64,000 nucleotides of DNA from an uncultured virus (IMG/VR IMGVR_UViG_3300033806_000075) (lineage: Duplodnaviria > Heunggongvirae > Uroviricota > Caudoviricetes), in the IMG/VR virus record IMGVR_UViG_3300033806_000075; one strand, 5' to 3'. Shown here one piece after another: positions 31,316 to 41,386 of this stretch; positions within the stretch are counted from its first letter, which is position 1; each line of letters starts with the position of its first letter. Made by a program: the position numbers and the translations under genes. Below the pieces are notes generated by a model that was given only the letters and a program-made list of their open reading frames with translations, had not been told where the DNA came from and searched no databases.

Positions 31316-33508
31316 ATGTCCGGACATATCACGATCGACGCCTCACTCGCTGACCTCTCCGAGCCCGCAGCCCCGCTCGCCGTCTGCCGGTATGACCCCG
31401 ACTCCGGCTACACGCTCATGCCGAACCTCATCTGCGAGCGGATCGAGCGGCCAATCGGTGCCAGACCGTCCACGGCCCAGCTCCGGTACGTGATCGATAC
31501 CTCCGGTCTTTACCCCGATTGGCCCAGCCAGTTCGAGACGATCTGGCCCCAGACCGCAGCGGCAGGTCCCTACGTGCTCTCGGTCGATGATCGCGTGTGC
31601 GTGCTTTCCTGGACGCCCGACGGTCAGCGGAGGGTGCTCTTCGACGGCTTCGCGCAAATCCCCCAGGTGAATGTCTCCGGTTCGTCGCAGGACGTGACCG
31701 TCGTATGCACGGGAGTCGAATGTCGCTGTTGGGACGTGCCCATCCAGGGCCGCGTCCAGCGCGATATGGACACGCCCAAGACCTACGACGGCTCCAACGA
31801 GTTCTCAACAGACCTCCCGGTCCGCTTCAACCCGTCGCATGGCAAAGACGGGGTGATTCCCAATTGCACGCCCAAGGATTACGACCACGGGCAGAGCGGC
31901 GACAGCCCGTATCCGGTGTTTCTGGATGAGAACATCAAACGCTCGCCGGACAAGCATGCCGACCTTCCGGACCTGCGTGAGCTATGGACCGTCGATCGGG
32001 CTGTGCGCTACATCCTGGCCGTCCATAACGATGGGAAGTACGTCAAGAATCCTGACTTCAAGGCACTCCAGGACCAGCTCATGGTCCGGCCTTACATCTA
32101 TGGCGACTCCGGCAACCTGACCTGGGACACCAACAAGGCAGATGCTGCGCCGATGCGGGACCTCGACGTCACCAACAAGTGTTGGCCGGACGCCGTCGAG
32201 GCCCTGCTGCGATCCGTCGGATTCGGCTGTTACTTCGACGTCGATGAGGCGATGGGCGAGCCAGTCACGACGCTTTACGTCTACCAGCTCAACGAGTACA
32301 CCCTCACACCCAAGACGATCTCACTCCCAGACTGGCAGAGCCAGCTCGACCCCGCACAATGCAACGTCTCCCAGCTCGCCCTCGCTCGGGACACCAACCA
32401 GATCGTGAACTCGTGGGCGATCGAGACCCACCCACGCAAGTGGGAGGTCAGCATCATCCTGGCTCCTGGCTTCGTGCCGTCCGCCGGCGACGCGAGCAAC
32501 CGCAAGCAATTCCTACGCTCCAACCTCGATTTAGCCTCCGCCGCGACACGGGCCAAGTATCGCCTCTATGTTGCGGACGAGGCCGGAGACGGGCACTACG
32601 ACTGGGACACCGGGACCTGGGTCACCAACAAGTGCCTCGACCTCTCACCGATCTGGCCGGACAACGTGGCGCAGGACGGGACCAAGACGCGATCCTACGT
32701 GCGACGAGCCCGAAAGGGAGCAGCAACACTACTGACTAAGGACGGTAACGGTAAGTTTCGGCAAGCGGTCGTACACTGGTGCATGGCCGGCAGTGGCTCA
32801 GACAAGTACCTGGGTAAGGCCCCGGCTGTCTGGGATGGCACAGCAACGTGGAAAGCCCTGGCTCACGGCGAATGGCGGCTACTCGATGATCAGTTTGGGA
32901 TTATGCTGACGGTCGAAGATCCCGAGGCGATCAGCACGGGCAAAGGCAAGCCGGCTCTCCGGGGGATTACCGCGGTCGCCAATCCAACGGAGAATAATCC
33001 CTTCTTTTACCTGATGCTTACCACGGTCATTGAAGATGACCTCATGCTCCCGGCAGTGGTTCCGATGCGCGTCTCCAGCCCCACCAAGTTCACGCGAGTG
33101 CGCCGCCACGACGCGCGGGACCACTACCAGTATTGGGCCGTCTACTTTCCGAGCTGGTACAACAACCCGCCAGGCCCGCCGGCGCCGGATGCCGACCCCA
33201 ACCTCTACCCGCGCGATGACACGCTCAAGGCGCTCGACCTGGCGGCGCAGTACCGCGCCGCGCATGAGATGCCGCCCCTGGCCGGTTCGGTCACGATCCC
33301 CAGCCTGACGAACTATTACAAGCTCGCCGACCGCGTCAAGCTGATCGACGGCCGTAACGTCGACCTCCGGGCCAACACCGCCCCGACGCAGACCGACGGC
33401 GAACTGCCGTTTTACCCGATGGTCGTGAAGGTAAGCTGGTCATTCACCGGCGATCAGCAGACGACCACGCTCCAGCTTTCTGACCTTCGCGCGGAGCCAC
33501 ACGGATAA
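31316..33508 (+). CDS. Large tail-tip/hub protein
   Basis: 730 aa; VLFDGF...V.CTG.E and a C-terminal GSVTI...DRV..I...V.KVSW...TTLQL hub-like pattern. Confidence 0.65.
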   Translation: MSGHITIDASLADLSEPAAPLAVCRYDPDSGYTLMPNLICERIERPIGARPSTAQLRYVIDTSGLYPDWPSQFETIWPQTAAAGPYVLSVDDRVCVLSWTPDGQRRVLFDGFAQIPQVNVSGSSQDVTVVCTGVECRCWDVPIQGRVQRDMDTPKTYDGSNEFSTDLPVRFNPSHGKDGVIPNCTPKDYDHGQSGDSPYPVFLDENIKRSPDKHADLPDLRELWTVDRAVRYILAVHNDGKYVKNPDFKALQDQLMVRPYIYGDSGNLTWDTNKADAAPMRDLDVTNKCWPDAVEALLRSVGFGCYFDVDEAMGEPVTTLYVYQLNEYTLTPKTISLPDWQSQLDPAQCNVSQLALARDTNQIVNSWAIETHPRKWEVSIILAPGFVPSAGDASNRKQFLRSNLDLASAATRAKYRLYVADEAGDGHYDWDTGTWVTNKCLDLSPIWPDNVAQDGTKTRSYVRRARKGAATLLTKDGNGKFRQAVVHWCMAGSGSDKYLGKAPAVWDGTATWKALAHGEWRLLDDQFGIMLTVEDPEAISTGKGKPALRGITAVANPTENNPFFYLMLTTVIEDDLMLPAVVPMRVSSPTKFTRVRRHDARDHYQYWAVYFPSWYNNPPGPPAPDADPNLYPRDDTLKALDLAAQYRAAHEMPPLAGSVTIPSLTNYYKLADRVKLIDGRNVDLRANTAPTQTDGELPFYPMVVKVSWSFTGDQQTTTLQLSDLRAEPHG

Positions 33509-33674
33509 AACCTCCATCCCGCGAGCAATGTGAGCGTGAGCTTGAGGCGATGCTTAAGAATGCGAGTCTCCTGAGAAACGCGCTGGATCGTGCCCGCTCG
33601 ATCTATCGAGCCGTGGCCAGCGATGCCGAGATGAGGCAGATCGAGCGGGCCGTCCGTAATCGGGTCCGCCGCAA

Positions 33675-34028
33675 TTGTGCCAGGGCTCGCAAGGAGCTCG
33701 CTCCCTGAGCCGTATTCATCGCCATCGCCATGATGAGGCGCAGTTCGACCTGGACCAGCTCCCCGAAGAGGCTGGCGGCGGCGCGGACGCGATGCTGGTG
33801 CAGACGTTCACCAAAACGACCTACCCGACGACCGCCGCGACCGAGTACGCCTGCCACCCCATCTCGCAGATTACCGGCGATGAAGCGGAAGGAGCCAGCG
33901 TCGGTTTCACCGCCGATTCATCGACCACGATCTACGCCCTAAACTTGGGCTCGACCGTACCCCCAAGCGGGACCAAAGTCATCGCACACGCAGTCGCGGG
34001 CCGATGGTGCTTCCGCTGGGATGGTTGA
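33675..34028 (+). CDS. Tail-tip protein, paralogous to the N-terminus of the next gene
   Basis: Shares RHR.DE.QFD.DQ, HPI...GDE.E, DSST.I...LG..VP..G.K....AGRW. Start uncertain. Confidence 0.55.
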   Translation: MCQGSQGARSLSRIHRHRHDEAQFDLDQLPEEAGGGADAMLVQTFTKTTYPTTAATEYACHPISQITGDEAEGASVGFTADSSTTIYALNLGSTVPPSGTKVIAHAVAGRWCFRWDG

Positions 34029-35658
34029 CGTGAGCCGCAACCTACGCCACCGACTAGACGAGCACCAGTTCGATATCGATCAGACGACCCACACGCCCAC
34101 GCCGCGCACGGACCGCATGCTGCTACAGCTCTACAACAACGGCTCCATGCCGACCTCGGTTCCGGGGATGTTCTTAGGCCATCCGATCGAGCTCTCCGGC
34201 GACGAATGTGAAAGCTGCACGGCAGCGCAGAGCGTGGACAGTAGTACGAACATTCCCGTCGTGGTGCTCGGACCACGCGTGCCAGTAGCGGGGGATAAGC
34301 TGGTGGCGGTGTCGACCGCGGGAAGGTGGGTGGCGGAAACAAACAGGACTAGGTCCTCTACTCCCATTTGCACACCATGCTGTCTGCCCCCGCATGACTT
34401 GCAGATTGAGATTGAGTACTACTTCGACTACTCGACTGATCCGGAGCCGCCGCCCCCGCCCTGGACCGGCCCGCCAATTACTCTACCACTGATCTATCAA
34501 GGAGGAACTGGGACAGCAGCGCGCTATATTGCATCAGTCCCGCATGACTATGTCTGGCTTAGCAATTACGGAGCCGATGAGTCATGGCCTCCAGGCACAT
34601 GGGGCTCTGGAGGAGTGCCCTGGCCTCCCTCGGAAGCATTTGCCCTGGAGTGCGTTGGCGATCTAATCGTGCTTTCTGCAGTTAATACAACTGGACCGTA
34701 CTTTAATGTCCCTGGACTTGGTTCCTGGCTTAGCACCCCATTCCCTTCGCCATTCTCCGATCAGGTTAGCCTGAATAACTGGGCGCGCATCACAAGCTGG
34801 TCATGCGATCCCATCAACTTTGTTTATCACGTTAATGCACCGCCTTACATGAGTGTGGTCCTTACGAGTGTAACAATTACCGACCCCAATTGGGGCGGAG
34901 ATTCAAAGTGCTCAACACCCGACAGTGCATCTGTCCCCGTACGCCTCACAGCCTGCGCCCCGGACATCTCGGGGGTTGAGGTTACGCTCTCTTATGGAGG
35001 CGAGGACACCGATACACAGAGCAGCGATAGTGCCGGCCTGCTAGCGTTCAACTTACCCTGGTGGAAGCGGACCTATAGCGTCACGGTGAATACAGACACG
35101 TTGCCGTTTCGCCACGTCTTACTCGAGGGCACAACGCTACAACTCGACCCCAACTATACCAGTAGCTTAGCCATCGGTCTGGCACCACGCCCAGACCATG
35201 ACTACATATGCGTCGCAAGGCCAAAGAATGTACTGGTCAAGGGACCGCTCTATCTTACAGACTCCGTGCTTGGCAGTTTTGTACTCGATCAGGGCGGTGG
35301 CACCTCCATAGACAGCAGTCTGACGACAATATCCTCGTCCGGATATACACGCTCCGATGGGACGACCTGTCCTTCCGGAGATATCACGATCCAGTACCAC
35401 GTTGATACCATGACCGGGCTCCTGTGGATCCATATCTGGGCCGACGTGAATTACTGCCCTCGGCTCCAGTACGGTTCTCAGCGTCTCGCCAGAGCATCCT
35501 TGCCACTTACGCTCGATACTTCCATGTTCAGCAGTGATGTCGTCATGTTCCGTGGCACTCGGGATTGGTCCCAGCCAGGATACGACCAGGCCACTGTCAA
35601 GAACCTCCACCAGTACGTATACGGATTTACGCCGGCGACTTACCTTCTCACTGAATGA
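34021..35658 (+). CDS. Putative receptor-binding/spike protein
   Basis: Conserved N-terminal module, Cys cluster (CTPCC), then a lower-GC C-terminal region. Confidence 0.55.
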   Translation: MVDVSRNLRHRLDEHQFDIDQTTHTPTPRTDRMLLQLYNNGSMPTSVPGMFLGHPIELSGDECESCTAAQSVDSSTNIPVVVLGPRVPVAGDKLVAVSTAGRWVAETNRTRSSTPICTPCCLPPHDLQIEIEYYFDYSTDPEPPPPPWTGPPITLPLIYQGGTGTAARYIASVPHDYVWLSNYGADESWPPGTWGSGGVPWPPSEAFALECVGDLIVLSAVNTTGPYFNVPGLGSWLSTPFPSPFSDQVSLNNWARITSWSCDPINFVYHVNAPPYMSVVLTSVTITDPNWGGDSKCSTPDSASVPVRLTACAPDISGVEVTLSYGGEDTDTQSSDSAGLLAFNLPWWKRTYSVTVNTDTLPFRHVLLEGTTLQLDPNYTSSLAIGLAPRPDHDYICVARPKNVLVKGPLYLTDSVLGSFVLDQGGGTSIDSSLTTISSSGYTRSDGTTCPSGDITIQYHVDTMTGLLWIHIWADVNYCPRLQYGSQRLARASLPLTLDTSMFSSDVVMFRGTRDWSQPGYDQATVKNLHQYVYGFTPATYLLTE

Positions 35659-36017
35659 ATGCGCTTCATCCACTCGTCCGACTCTGGCTAAATTCAGACG
35701 ATAAGCAAGCGCAGCAGCATGCCCAGTTTATTGCTTCGCAGCAATTACAGGCCGAGCCGATACCGGAGGGAAGTGGGCCGCTCCACTATCCCCCGGTCCT
35801 GAAGCAAGCCGCCAACGCCGCCGGCGCGCTGGTCCGCATTGCCGCGTCCGGTGGCGCTCGCGTGAGCCAGCATGAGGCGGACCGGCGACTAGCGATTTGC
35901 CAGACATGCGAATTCTATGACGCACCGAACGACGGGTGCTTCAAGTGCGCCTGCTCGATGCGCATCAAGACCCGGTTCAAGGCGATGCACTGCCCACTCG
36001 ATCCGCCCAGGTGGTGA
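35655..36017 (+). CDS. Cys-rich small protein (DUF6171-like)
   Basis: RLAICQTC...CFKCAC....KT.....HCP....RW. Confidence 0.65.
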   Translation: MNALHPLVRLWLNSDDKQAQQHAQFIASQQLQAEPIPEGSGPLHYPPVLKQAANAAGALVRIAASGGARVSQHEADRRLAICQTCEFYDAPNDGCFKCACSMRIKTRFKAMHCPLDPPRW

Positions 36018-36102
36018 TGCCGGCGATTGAAGGCTAGCTCATCGCTCTCGCATTGACTTCCGCGCACTTCCGCGCACACTTCCACGTGCTACTGCACACA
36101 CC

Positions 36103-36399
36103 ATGAACGCCAGCTCCCCATCGCAACACGATTCTGCTCCTGAGCCTTCACCGCGCAAGACCCCGGAACAAGCTGAGACCGACGACGAGGCGTACCAGGC
36201 GGCGATGGATCTGAGCCTAGATAATGCTCGGTTCCTCAAGCTAATACCTAACGTGCTCGAGGAGCTGCGACTGCTCGACTGCGGCAGCGACGGTGCCAGC
36301 GCAGGCATCGAGGATCGCGTCAAGACGGCTCGCGGCAAAGCCTACTATGAGATCTGCTTGAGGCTCTTCCGCATCGCGCGCAGCGATCTAGCCCTGTGA
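36103..36399 (+). CDS. Hypothetical protein
   Basis: 98-aa ORF at the end of the late operon. Confidence 0.5.
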   Translation: MNASSPSQHDSAPEPSPRKTPEQAETDDEAYQAAMDLSLDNARFLKLIPNVLEELRLLDCGSDGASAGIEDRVKTARGKAYYEICLRLFRIARSDLAL

Positions 36400-36758
36400 T
36401 GAGACTAACCGTCGGGGGCCGATCACGGCATGAAGATCGTCAGGCCCAACCGCCAACAGGCCAGCACCCAGACTACGGTCCCAGGAAGGAACCACAGCAA
36501 AAAACATTGCCTCCAAGCTGGCCATGGTTTATCCCCACGTACCTCATGCCGCGTATCGCCTATCGGTGCGCCTGTCGCCGGCTGCTCTGTTTGCTTGCCT
36601 CGATGCAATGATCGCTTATGTATTGCTCGATCAACGAGATCTGTTAAACTCCGCGCCGGTCGGAAGTGACAACGTTGTCGCGGACGGCCCGTCCTAGCGT
36701 TTCCCGTGGTTACGCGCGTGGCCCCGGTCATTTCGCTAGGTCCCCTGCAGGGTCGAAC

Positions 36759-36804
36759 AGCACCAGCCGCTTGCATGCTAAGTGCAGGCGGCTGGTGTTA
36801 TTTT
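36759..36804 (+). terminator. Probable intrinsic terminator of the late operon
   Basis: 17-bp stem AGCACCAGCCGCTTGCA/TGCAGGCGGCTGGTGTT (two G-U pairs), then ATTTT. Confidence 0.7.
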
Positions 36805-36989
36805 AAGCCATTGGACTCTTGCATACAATGATGAAATCCCGTTAAGATCGTCGCAACACGCTTCTGCGCAGTGGGAACCCCGCTTGGGTCACGGATGGGC
36901 CGGCGGGGTTTCGCTTTTGCGCTGAGTTTGCGCCCTTGGAATGACCGATATATTAGGCGGATCGATCCATCATCTTTGGGGAAATCACG

Positions 36990-37580
36990 ATGTCGCCTAT
37001 TTTACTGCTAGCCAGCCTGGTTGGCCAGCTAGCAACCCCGCAGTCGCGCAGCGTGGAGACGGCTCCGGGACCGTCCCAAACGCTCGTGCTGCTGCAGTAC
37101 ACGCCGCCGCCGATCCCCGGCGCCACGAGTATCCTCGTCTCTAACCCGCCCGCCTGGGATCGCGTTCTAAAGCGCACCGGCGAGGCCCTGATCGCTCGTG
37201 CGGCGAAGCACCAGCACCCACAAGTACTCCAGGTCGTCGCCCAGGCCCCCGCAACCACGATGCAGACCGTCGCGCTGGTGCCTATCACCGCTCCTGCTCC
37301 CGTCACCACGGTAGCCGTTCCGATTCCCCCGGCGGCAGCACCTGTCTCCGTGCCTGCGAAGACGATCCCTACCGCCGTCCCTGTTACGGCCAAGCCCGTG
37401 ACCTATGCCATACCGTCGGCTCAGTCGGAGGCGGCCCCGCCACCGCCATCACCCTCCTGCGTAGCGCCGGCACCAGCCCCGCCGCCACTGACGCCGACAG
37501 TACCGCTCGGAAGTCCCGTCTTGCTGGTGCCGGACCCAACTCGGCAGCAACAAATTCATCATTATTTCACACTACCCTGA
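36990..37580 (+). CDS. Secreted Pro/Ala/Thr-rich protein
   Basis: Hydrophobic N-terminus (MSPILLLASLVGQ) and a low-complexity body. Confidence 0.55.
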   Translation: MSPILLLASLVGQLATPQSRSVETAPGPSQTLVLLQYTPPPIPGATSILVSNPPAWDRVLKRTGEALIARAAKHQHPQVLQVVAQAPATTMQTVALVPITAPAPVTTVAVPIPPAAAPVSVPAKTIPTAVPVTAKPVTYAIPSAQSEAAPPPPSPSCVAPAPAPPPLTPTVPLGSPVLLVPDPTRQQQIHHYFTLP

Positions 37581-37593
37581 CCTGGAGCCGACC

Positions 37594-37827
37594 ATGCCCC
37601 AGAAGATCGTGGACGGACTGTGGCCGGCAAAGTTCCGCGCCGTGCCTGCCTGGGACACTCTCGGTCGCCGGGCCGTGGCGCTCTACACGGGCGACCACGA
37701 GAACGATTACACGGGGATCGAGCTCGAGAAAGCTCGAACGCTCATAACCACGGTCAGCGAGGCCATCCGTCAGCACGACGAGGATGAGGCTCTCTGCCAG
37801 GCCAAGGCTAGCGCAGCCGCAGCTTGA
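37594..37827 (+). CDS. Hypothetical protein
   Basis: GGAG RBS; 77 aa. Confidence 0.55.
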   Translation: MPQKIVDGLWPAKFRAVPAWDTLGRRAVALYTGDHENDYTGIELEKARTLITTVSEAIRQHDEDEALCQAKASAAAA

Positions 37828-38165
37828 CCGCGGCAAGCGTACTGTAGCCACCTCGCGTCTTGCACCACGCGATTGAGCAGGGCCCGCCCGGACTCCCCAC
37901 CGGCGGGCCCTGCTTGCAAGACAAGTCCAGCGGGGTTTCGATTCCTGGCCTCGCTGGCACGGCCCGGCATGTTAGGCGTGAGTGATGCCGGTTGCCCCTA
38001 GTTAACCGCGTTCGCCCGGGGCGGAGCTAACTCCGGTCTTTCGCACCCCGGGGGGGAGACGGTCTCCTTTGCTCGTTGCCGGGCATTGGCTGCAAGACAA
38101 CATTCGTTCAACCCTCGCAATCACTAAAGCCGATGACTCAAGCACGGTCACGGCGCAGATAGTCC

Positions 38166-38202
38166 AAAAGACCCGCAGGACATCCTCACCTGCGGGTCTT
38201 TT
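38166..38202. terminator. Bidirectional intrinsic terminator
   Basis: Perfect 14-bp inverted repeat AAAAGACCCGCAGG-N9-CCTGCGGGTCTTTT at the convergence point, abutting the last leftward stop. Confidence 0.85.
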
Positions 38203-38579
38203 CATGCGCCCGCACTCTCTTTCGATGTGCCCATCTTCCGCCTGCTCTCCATCTCCGCGATTGCTTCGATGATCTCTCGCTGCGAACGAATGTGCGCGCC
38301 GAACGGGGTGGCCAGGACCGCTCTCTGTTCCTCTTCGGTGGCTAGTCGCAGTTCATAATCCGCTTCGGCAACAAATATGGCCCCGCACGCCGCGCAAAAT
38401 CCAGGACTACCACGAACCCAAACCGTGCGGGCGTCATGCGTGCTCTGCCTACCACAGCAGGGCATCTTGCGGCGTATGTACCGAGTTAGCCACTCAGGTG
38501 ATTCATAGCCCACTGGCTTAGGGGCTCGCAAGGCAAACCGGTTATCTGCCAACCATCGCTTTATCGCCGACCATTTCAT
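38202..38579 (-). CDS. Hypothetical Zn-finger protein
   Basis: PCCG...CAACG. Confidence 0.55.
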   Translation of the reverse strand: MKWSAIKRWLADNRFALRAPKPVGYESPEWLTRYIRRKMPCCGRQSTHDARTVWVRGSPGFCAACGAIFVAEADYELRLATEEEQRAVLATPFGAHIRSQREIIEAIAEMESRRKMGTSKESAGA

Positions 38580-38789
38580 TCGTCTTCCCGTGGGTTTTTA
38601 CGCGCCGCATGCCAACGCAAGACCGATAATAGCCCCAGCATGACTCGTGATCTGCTGAAGGCGGTTTCGCTCGGGCCCGCGGCGCCCCAACCGCGGCCCC
38701 TTTTCTTGCGCCGCAATTCGGCGTAGGATGCCTCGGTCTCAGTCGGGCGTCGCTGGGTGTTCCGGCGGCGAGAACGCCCCGCGGGTCTG

Positions 38790-39149
38790 TCAGCCGCGGG
38801 GTTTTTCGCTGAGCTTCCCCAGCGCCTTGAACCCCTGTTGCTGGATTGCATCAAAATCCTCGAACATCTCTTGTGCCGTCTCGAATCGCAGTAGGTTCTT
38901 GCCAGACTCCGCATCGCGGATGACCTTCTTGGTCTTGGCGTTATAACCATGCCCGCTCTTTTGGTTCTGCAACGCGAGTAACTGCCTCGCACACCTCGGA
39001 CAAAGGTCCTCGTAACCATCCACGTTGAGGTGCCGATTCCAGCCCATGGTGATGTTCTGCAGCGCACGCCGCGGTGCGCGATCGTGGCAGATAGCCATCG
39101 CCGAACTGCATCCGCAACAATCGCAGACCACTCGGACTTCTAGCGACAT
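38790..39149 (-). CDS. Hypothetical Zn-finger protein
   Basis: VVCDCCG...GW...DLCPRC. Confidence 0.55.
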   Translation of the reverse strand: MSLEVRVVCDCCGCSSAMAICHDRAPRRALQNITMGWNRHLNVDGYEDLCPRCARQLLALQNQKSGHGYNAKTKKVIRDAESGKNLLRFETAQEMFEDFDAIQQQGFKALGKLSEKPRG

Positions 39150-39264
39150 CGTGGCTCGTCTCCAAAGTGTGCGGTATCATGGCGTCGGACTGCAAATTCC
39201 AGTCGCCGGGCGTTCCGGTGTTCCCCCGCGGTGCAGTCCAAGCAGATTCGCCGCGGGGGTTTTC

Positions 39265-39459
39265 CTACAAGTCTTCTTCGTAATTGCAGTGCGGGCACTC
39301 GATTTGGAGAGCGGTCATCGGGCCATCTCCTTTCTCAACCACAAATAACGTCGGCAAATGCTCCTCGTCATGCCGCCACTCGAGCCGGAAACGCTGGCCG
39401 CACTTAGGACACAGAACCCAAGCAAGCGATCTATCTGACTTTTGATCTTTACTGCTCAT
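39265..39459 (-). CDS. Small Zn-ribbon protein
   Basis: CPKCG...ECPHC. Confidence 0.55.
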   Translation of the reverse strand: MSSKDQKSDRSLAWVLCPKCGQRFRLEWRHDEEHLPTLFVVEKGDGPMTALQIECPHCNYEEDL

Positions 39460-39606
39460 GGCACCACCACCAGATGTGCAGTGGGAGGCAGGGCAAGAGG
39501 CAGATCCAAACGTCTCCGCCTGCCCCGTACTTGTCAGTTCTCCAAAGAACACCGATCCACAGATCTTGCAGGTTGACTCCAAGACGACATCGTATCCCTG
39601 CCAGCT

Positions 39607-39861
39607 TCATTCCTCGTTCTTCTTCTTGACCAGCCGCTCAATCTTCTTGGCCGCCTTCGTCGGCGGCTTGACCTGGTGCCCCATCTCCTTTTCGAGCGCC
39701 TTGGTCAGATGCTTATCTCCTAGGCAGGCGCGGCGACGGAGCCATGCGATGACCAGATCCAGTTCAGCGACCTCGTCATCGCTCAAGCAGTAGTTGCGAG
39801 AGATAAGTTCTGCTTCCTCTAGCATGGTCAAGCAAACATTTCGCCGGGCTTCGTCACTCAT
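39607..39861 (-). CDS. Hypothetical protein
   Basis: GGAGG RBS; ATGA coupling. Confidence 0.55.
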   Translation of the reverse strand: MSDEARRNVCLTMLEEAELISRNYCLSDDEVAELDLVIAWLRRRACLGDKHLTKALEKEMGHQVKPPTKAAKKIERLVKKKNEE

Positions 39862-40076
39862 GGCTCTGACCTCCTAACCGCTCGCACCTCTGCTGGCACG
39901 ATCGTGACCTCGTCGCCGATCCGCGGCGGCCAGCCCGCGGGCCAAGTAGATCGCGATGTGGTCAAAAGCGTCTCGACCGCGTCTCCGTCTAGCGAGATGC
40001 GGACGTCGGCTTCTTCACCGTGCTGAGCAATCCAGCAGACGGCGCCGTGCACTTCGGTGCTTGCCTCGGTGCTCAT
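39858..40076 (-). CDS. Hypothetical protein
   Basis: ATGA coupling on both sides. Confidence 0.55.
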   Translation of the reverse strand: MSTEASTEVHGAVCWIAQHGEEADVRISLDGDAVETLLTTSRSTWPAGWPPRIGDEVTIVPAEVRAVRRSEP

Positions 40077-40273
40077 GATTCCGTCTCTCTGGTCCCTCTC
40101 CTGGAAGCGCGGTACCTCCGCTGCTGCTCTCGTATAGCGTCGCGATTTTCCCGATAGTAAGCCCGCTGCCGTGCCGCGCGGGCCTCAAAGCTCTTGCCTT
40201 TTCTCGCATGGGCCGCATCTTTCTCCTGCCGCACCACGGCTATGCGAGCCTCGACTTCCGCGTGCTTGATCAT
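40073..40273 (-). CDS. Small basic protein
   Basis: RAYYRENRD motif; coupled to neighbours. Confidence 0.5.
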   Translation of the reverse strand: MIKHAEVEARIAVVRQEKDAAHARKGKSFEARAARQRAYYRENRDAIREQQRRYRASRRGTRETES

Positions 40274-40501
40274 TCCGCGCCCTCCGGCCAGACATGATCC
40301 ACGGCCTGACGAACCAGGTCGAGAAACGCCTCGGCGCCCTTGCGCGAAGTCAGGAGTGTCGACTTACCGTGACTTGGGCTAATCAGCAGGTGCGGGCCAA
40401 GCCCACAGCCGCAGTCACAACCGTCCTGCCGACCTACCACGAGGATGCTGCGCATGGGCGAGGGTTCCGGTTCTTCCATCGCCTCGCGAAACGTCTTGGC
40501 T

Positions 40502-40903
40502 TTACCGGGCACGTTGCGCTCCCTTCTTTGCGGCTGTGACATTTGTCGGAACAACTGCCTTTGGTCTCTTGGTAGTTGTGACAGACGGCGCAGCGTCCTT
40601 CTTTCTCGCTCGACGGCCACGGTTGATCTCGTCACCCGGAAGAAGTTGGACTGTTGGACCAGCAGATTTCTCGACCTTTTTCGGCGCCCGCCTGCGGACC
40701 TTTCGGGCTGTCTCGATCGCCTCGCCGAGTGCCTGGTGGACACAGACGGCTTCCTCGAGATCTGCTTGGATTATGATCGGCAAGTGACCTTTGTCGTACG
40801 TACGTGCGTAGCGAAGCTCAAGTGTAACCTTGCCTCCTTCGGCGCGGATCGCCGGCATCATCAGTTCGATGTTCTTGAGCGGGAGTGGTAGCAGTAGTTT
40901 CAT
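40502..40903 (-). CDS. Hypothetical protein with Lys-rich tail
   Basis: ORF within the packed leftward operon. Confidence 0.45.
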   Translation of the reverse strand: MKLLLPLPLKNIELMMPAIRAEGGKVTLELRYARTYDKGHLPIIIQADLEEAVCVHQALGEAIETARKVRRRAPKKVEKSAGPTVQLLPGDEINRGRRARKKDAAPSVTTTKRPKAVVPTNVTAAKKGAQRAR

Positions 40904-41078
40904 TGAACGGCTTCCTTGTGTTGAGGACGGCTTGAATGATCCCCAATCCTGCGATTGCAAGTGTCCCACAAACGCGCAGGATAGCCATGTCAAGCTTGTC
41001 TTCCGTACCAGTGTACAAGGCCGCCCCGCACGCGCCGATCACAGCCCAGAGGGCAACCTGGTAGAGCCACAGCATCAC
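40818..41078 (-). CDS. Small membrane protein
   Basis: Two hydrophobic segments. Confidence 0.45.
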   Translation of the reverse strand: MMLWLYQVALWAVIGACGAALYTGTEDKLDMAILRVCGTLAIAGLGIIQAVLNTRKPFNETTATTPAQEHRTDDAGDPRRRRQGYT

Positions 41079-41386
41079 TGCCTGTCCTCTTTCGGCCGTT
41101 CCGCGCCGATCAACCGCGGCAATGTGATCGCCAGCATATCACCTGGCTGTGGCGGCCAGTCCAGGTCATCAGGCCAATTCTCACGGCGTATAGTCCAGTA
41201 GATAATCGGCCCTGTCTCCGTCGAGGTTCTGATAATGGCCACTCTCGTGAGAGCCTCGCGGTAAGGTAGGTCAAAGGCCACGTCCATGATTTTGTGGACC
41301 TCCAGCACGTGCTCTTCCACGGAAGAGCGGAGGCGAAGGCCAGCCAAATCACCGTGTTCCATCTTTGCTGCTTGCGAGCTAGTCAT
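41075..41386 (-). CDS. Hypothetical protein
   Basis: Coupled ORF; its WPPQPGD motif echoes WPPRIGD in 39858-40076. Confidence 0.5.
   Translation of the reverse strand: MTSSQAAKMEHGDLAGLRLRSSVEEHVLEVHKIMDVAFDLPYREALTRVAIIRTSTETGPIIYWTIRRENWPDDLDWPPQPGDMLAITLPRLIGAERPKEDRQ

Noticed and set aside
34021..35658. Diversity-generating retroelement target
   Set aside because: No reverse transcriptase, and no template/variable repeat pair differing at adenines was seen.
38586..39265. AAAAACCC-CGG-like motifs near ends of leftward genes as integron-like cassette sites
   Set aside because: Only degenerate half-sites with no paired arm at 7-nt spacing; cannot be told from chance or ordinary hairpins by eye.
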